Assembly (NCBI GenBank): GCA_964276515.1
Contig: OZ193909.1
Span: 14,136,001 to 14,200,000, forward strand
Length of the DNA stretch: 64,000 nt
Direction: 5' to 3'
Origin: Gordius albopunctatus
Taxonomy: Eukaryota
The notes under the pieces were generated by a model, which worked only from the letters and a program-made list of their open reading frames with translations, was not told the origin of the DNA and did no database searches. The first letter of the stretch is position 1, and every line of letters begins with the position of its first letter. The translations under genes and the position numbers were made by a program. Positions 62,757 to 64,000 of the stretch are shown piece by piece.

Positions 62757-64000
62757 AATTAATTATTCAACTGGTGAATTTGCTGGTCAATATATAAAGA
62801 TTATTAAACAAAAGGTTGGTTGTATTATTTGCCATTTTATTTGTTAAAGGGTTGTTATTGGAATACAATTGGCTTCTATCATGAAGGTCATATATCTCTA
62901 TACCCAGAGGAGGCATTATATCTAATTAATCAGGTATTTATCTTATACCCAAATTTTTATTAATTGCTTTGCAATTTTTTACTAAATTTCCTATAAATAA
63001 ATTATTTAAGAATTTGCCTAAATAATTTTATCTTAGAATAATTTATTATTACTAGAAGGTAATAACCCTTTAAGTGTGGAAGCAAGTCATTTAATATTGC
63101 AGAAATTGTTACCACCTAGTCATTTGAATGTTTATTCTAATCTAAAATCTGCAGGGTTTGTTGTTAGACGACATCAACAAATTAGGTATTTTTTAGAACA
63201 TTTTTTATTTTATTTATAATAATAGAGGCAAGAAAAATGAAAAAACTGGTGACAAAACAAATCTTTCAGTTACTTCAAAAGCTAAAAATGTTAAAGATTT
63301 GAGCTATGACCTAGAATCGGAGATTTATTTTTCATACAAAAACCAATCTATTGATTCCATACCAAATAAATATCAAACTTTTGAAGATCTGAAAGAAAAT
63401 CTTCCAAATTTGCATAATGGCAAAGATATTCTTACATTAGACAAAACTAATATACCTTATATTCCTATAATAATTAATAATCCCAACAATATAATATTTC
63501 ACAGTACATTACCTGCTATATCAAGCCTCAATATTTCTAATAAACACCACAAGTGTGATTATGAAGATGGCATTTTATCATTTAATAGATATAAGTATAT
63601 GATTAATAAATTGCAAATAGCCTCAAATGAATTAATCAATTGGCAGTCATACAAAAAGGTATATTTTGATCTTTATAATAAAATGTCTATCAATTACCGG
63701 AGTGATGCTCAAATGAATAATTCCAATTTTGAATTCAATTTTAAAGATAATCCTATTAAAACTCTAGAAGATATGCTTGAAATTCATTATGACATATATA
63801 AACCAAATAAAAAGTTTAGTAAATCAAATCCTGGAATTCCTGATTTTTTTGTGCATATAGTAGATTGTGATCCTTATACTCAAATACCAGATGAAATGTG
63901 GGTTGGGATATCACAGTTTGTAAAGAGTCATGCTAAATTAGGAATGTTGCTTATAGCTTATTGTGATGAAGAAGAACCTCAATATATTTCAATCAATGAC
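62757..64000 (+). CDS. TSEN54: tRNA-splicing endonuclease subunit Sen54 (5' end unresolved, 3' end beyond window)
   Basis: Spliced exons give GCYWNTIGFYHEGHISLYPEEALYLINQ, PLSVEASH..LNVYSNLKSAGFVVRRH and HYDIYKPNKKFSKSNPGIPDFFVHIVD. Confidence 0.85.

Overview
AT-rich, transposon-dense animal (invertebrate-type) nuclear DNA with spliceosomal GT-AG introns, many only 34-52 nt long. It is not prokaryotic and has no CRISPR array. Host genes reconstructed by manual splicing: an ARIP4/RAD54L2 SNF2 helicase (-, ~1.3-11.65 kb), an FBXL-like LRR gene that probably continues into an uncharacterised exon chain (+, ~21.5-35.4 kb), a Ly6/three-finger GPI protein (-), a mitochondrial-type single-domain rhodanese (-), PIGQ/GPI1 (+), TSEN54 (+, runs off the window), and a frameshifted SLC12 (NKCC-like) C-terminal fragment. 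Mobile DNA: a full-length RTE LINE with TSD, a decayed RTE, two CRE-type RLE retrotransposon remnants, a recent Ty3/gypsy element, a small CsRn1-like non-autonomous LTR element, a hAT element, many hAT and PIF/Harbinger MITEs, Helitron-like elements, a tRNA-derived SINE and a Penelope-type minimal hammerhead motif. Two observations stand out. (1) The rhodanese gene has two frame-incompatible, mutually exclusive exons that swap a catalytic-Cys active-site loop for a Cys-less one. (2) The hAT element carries an antisense digest of about 12 short, collinear pieces of its own transposase gene, a Mu-killer-like hairpin inside a predicted host intron. All calls were made by eye with no database searches, so exon boundaries are predictions.
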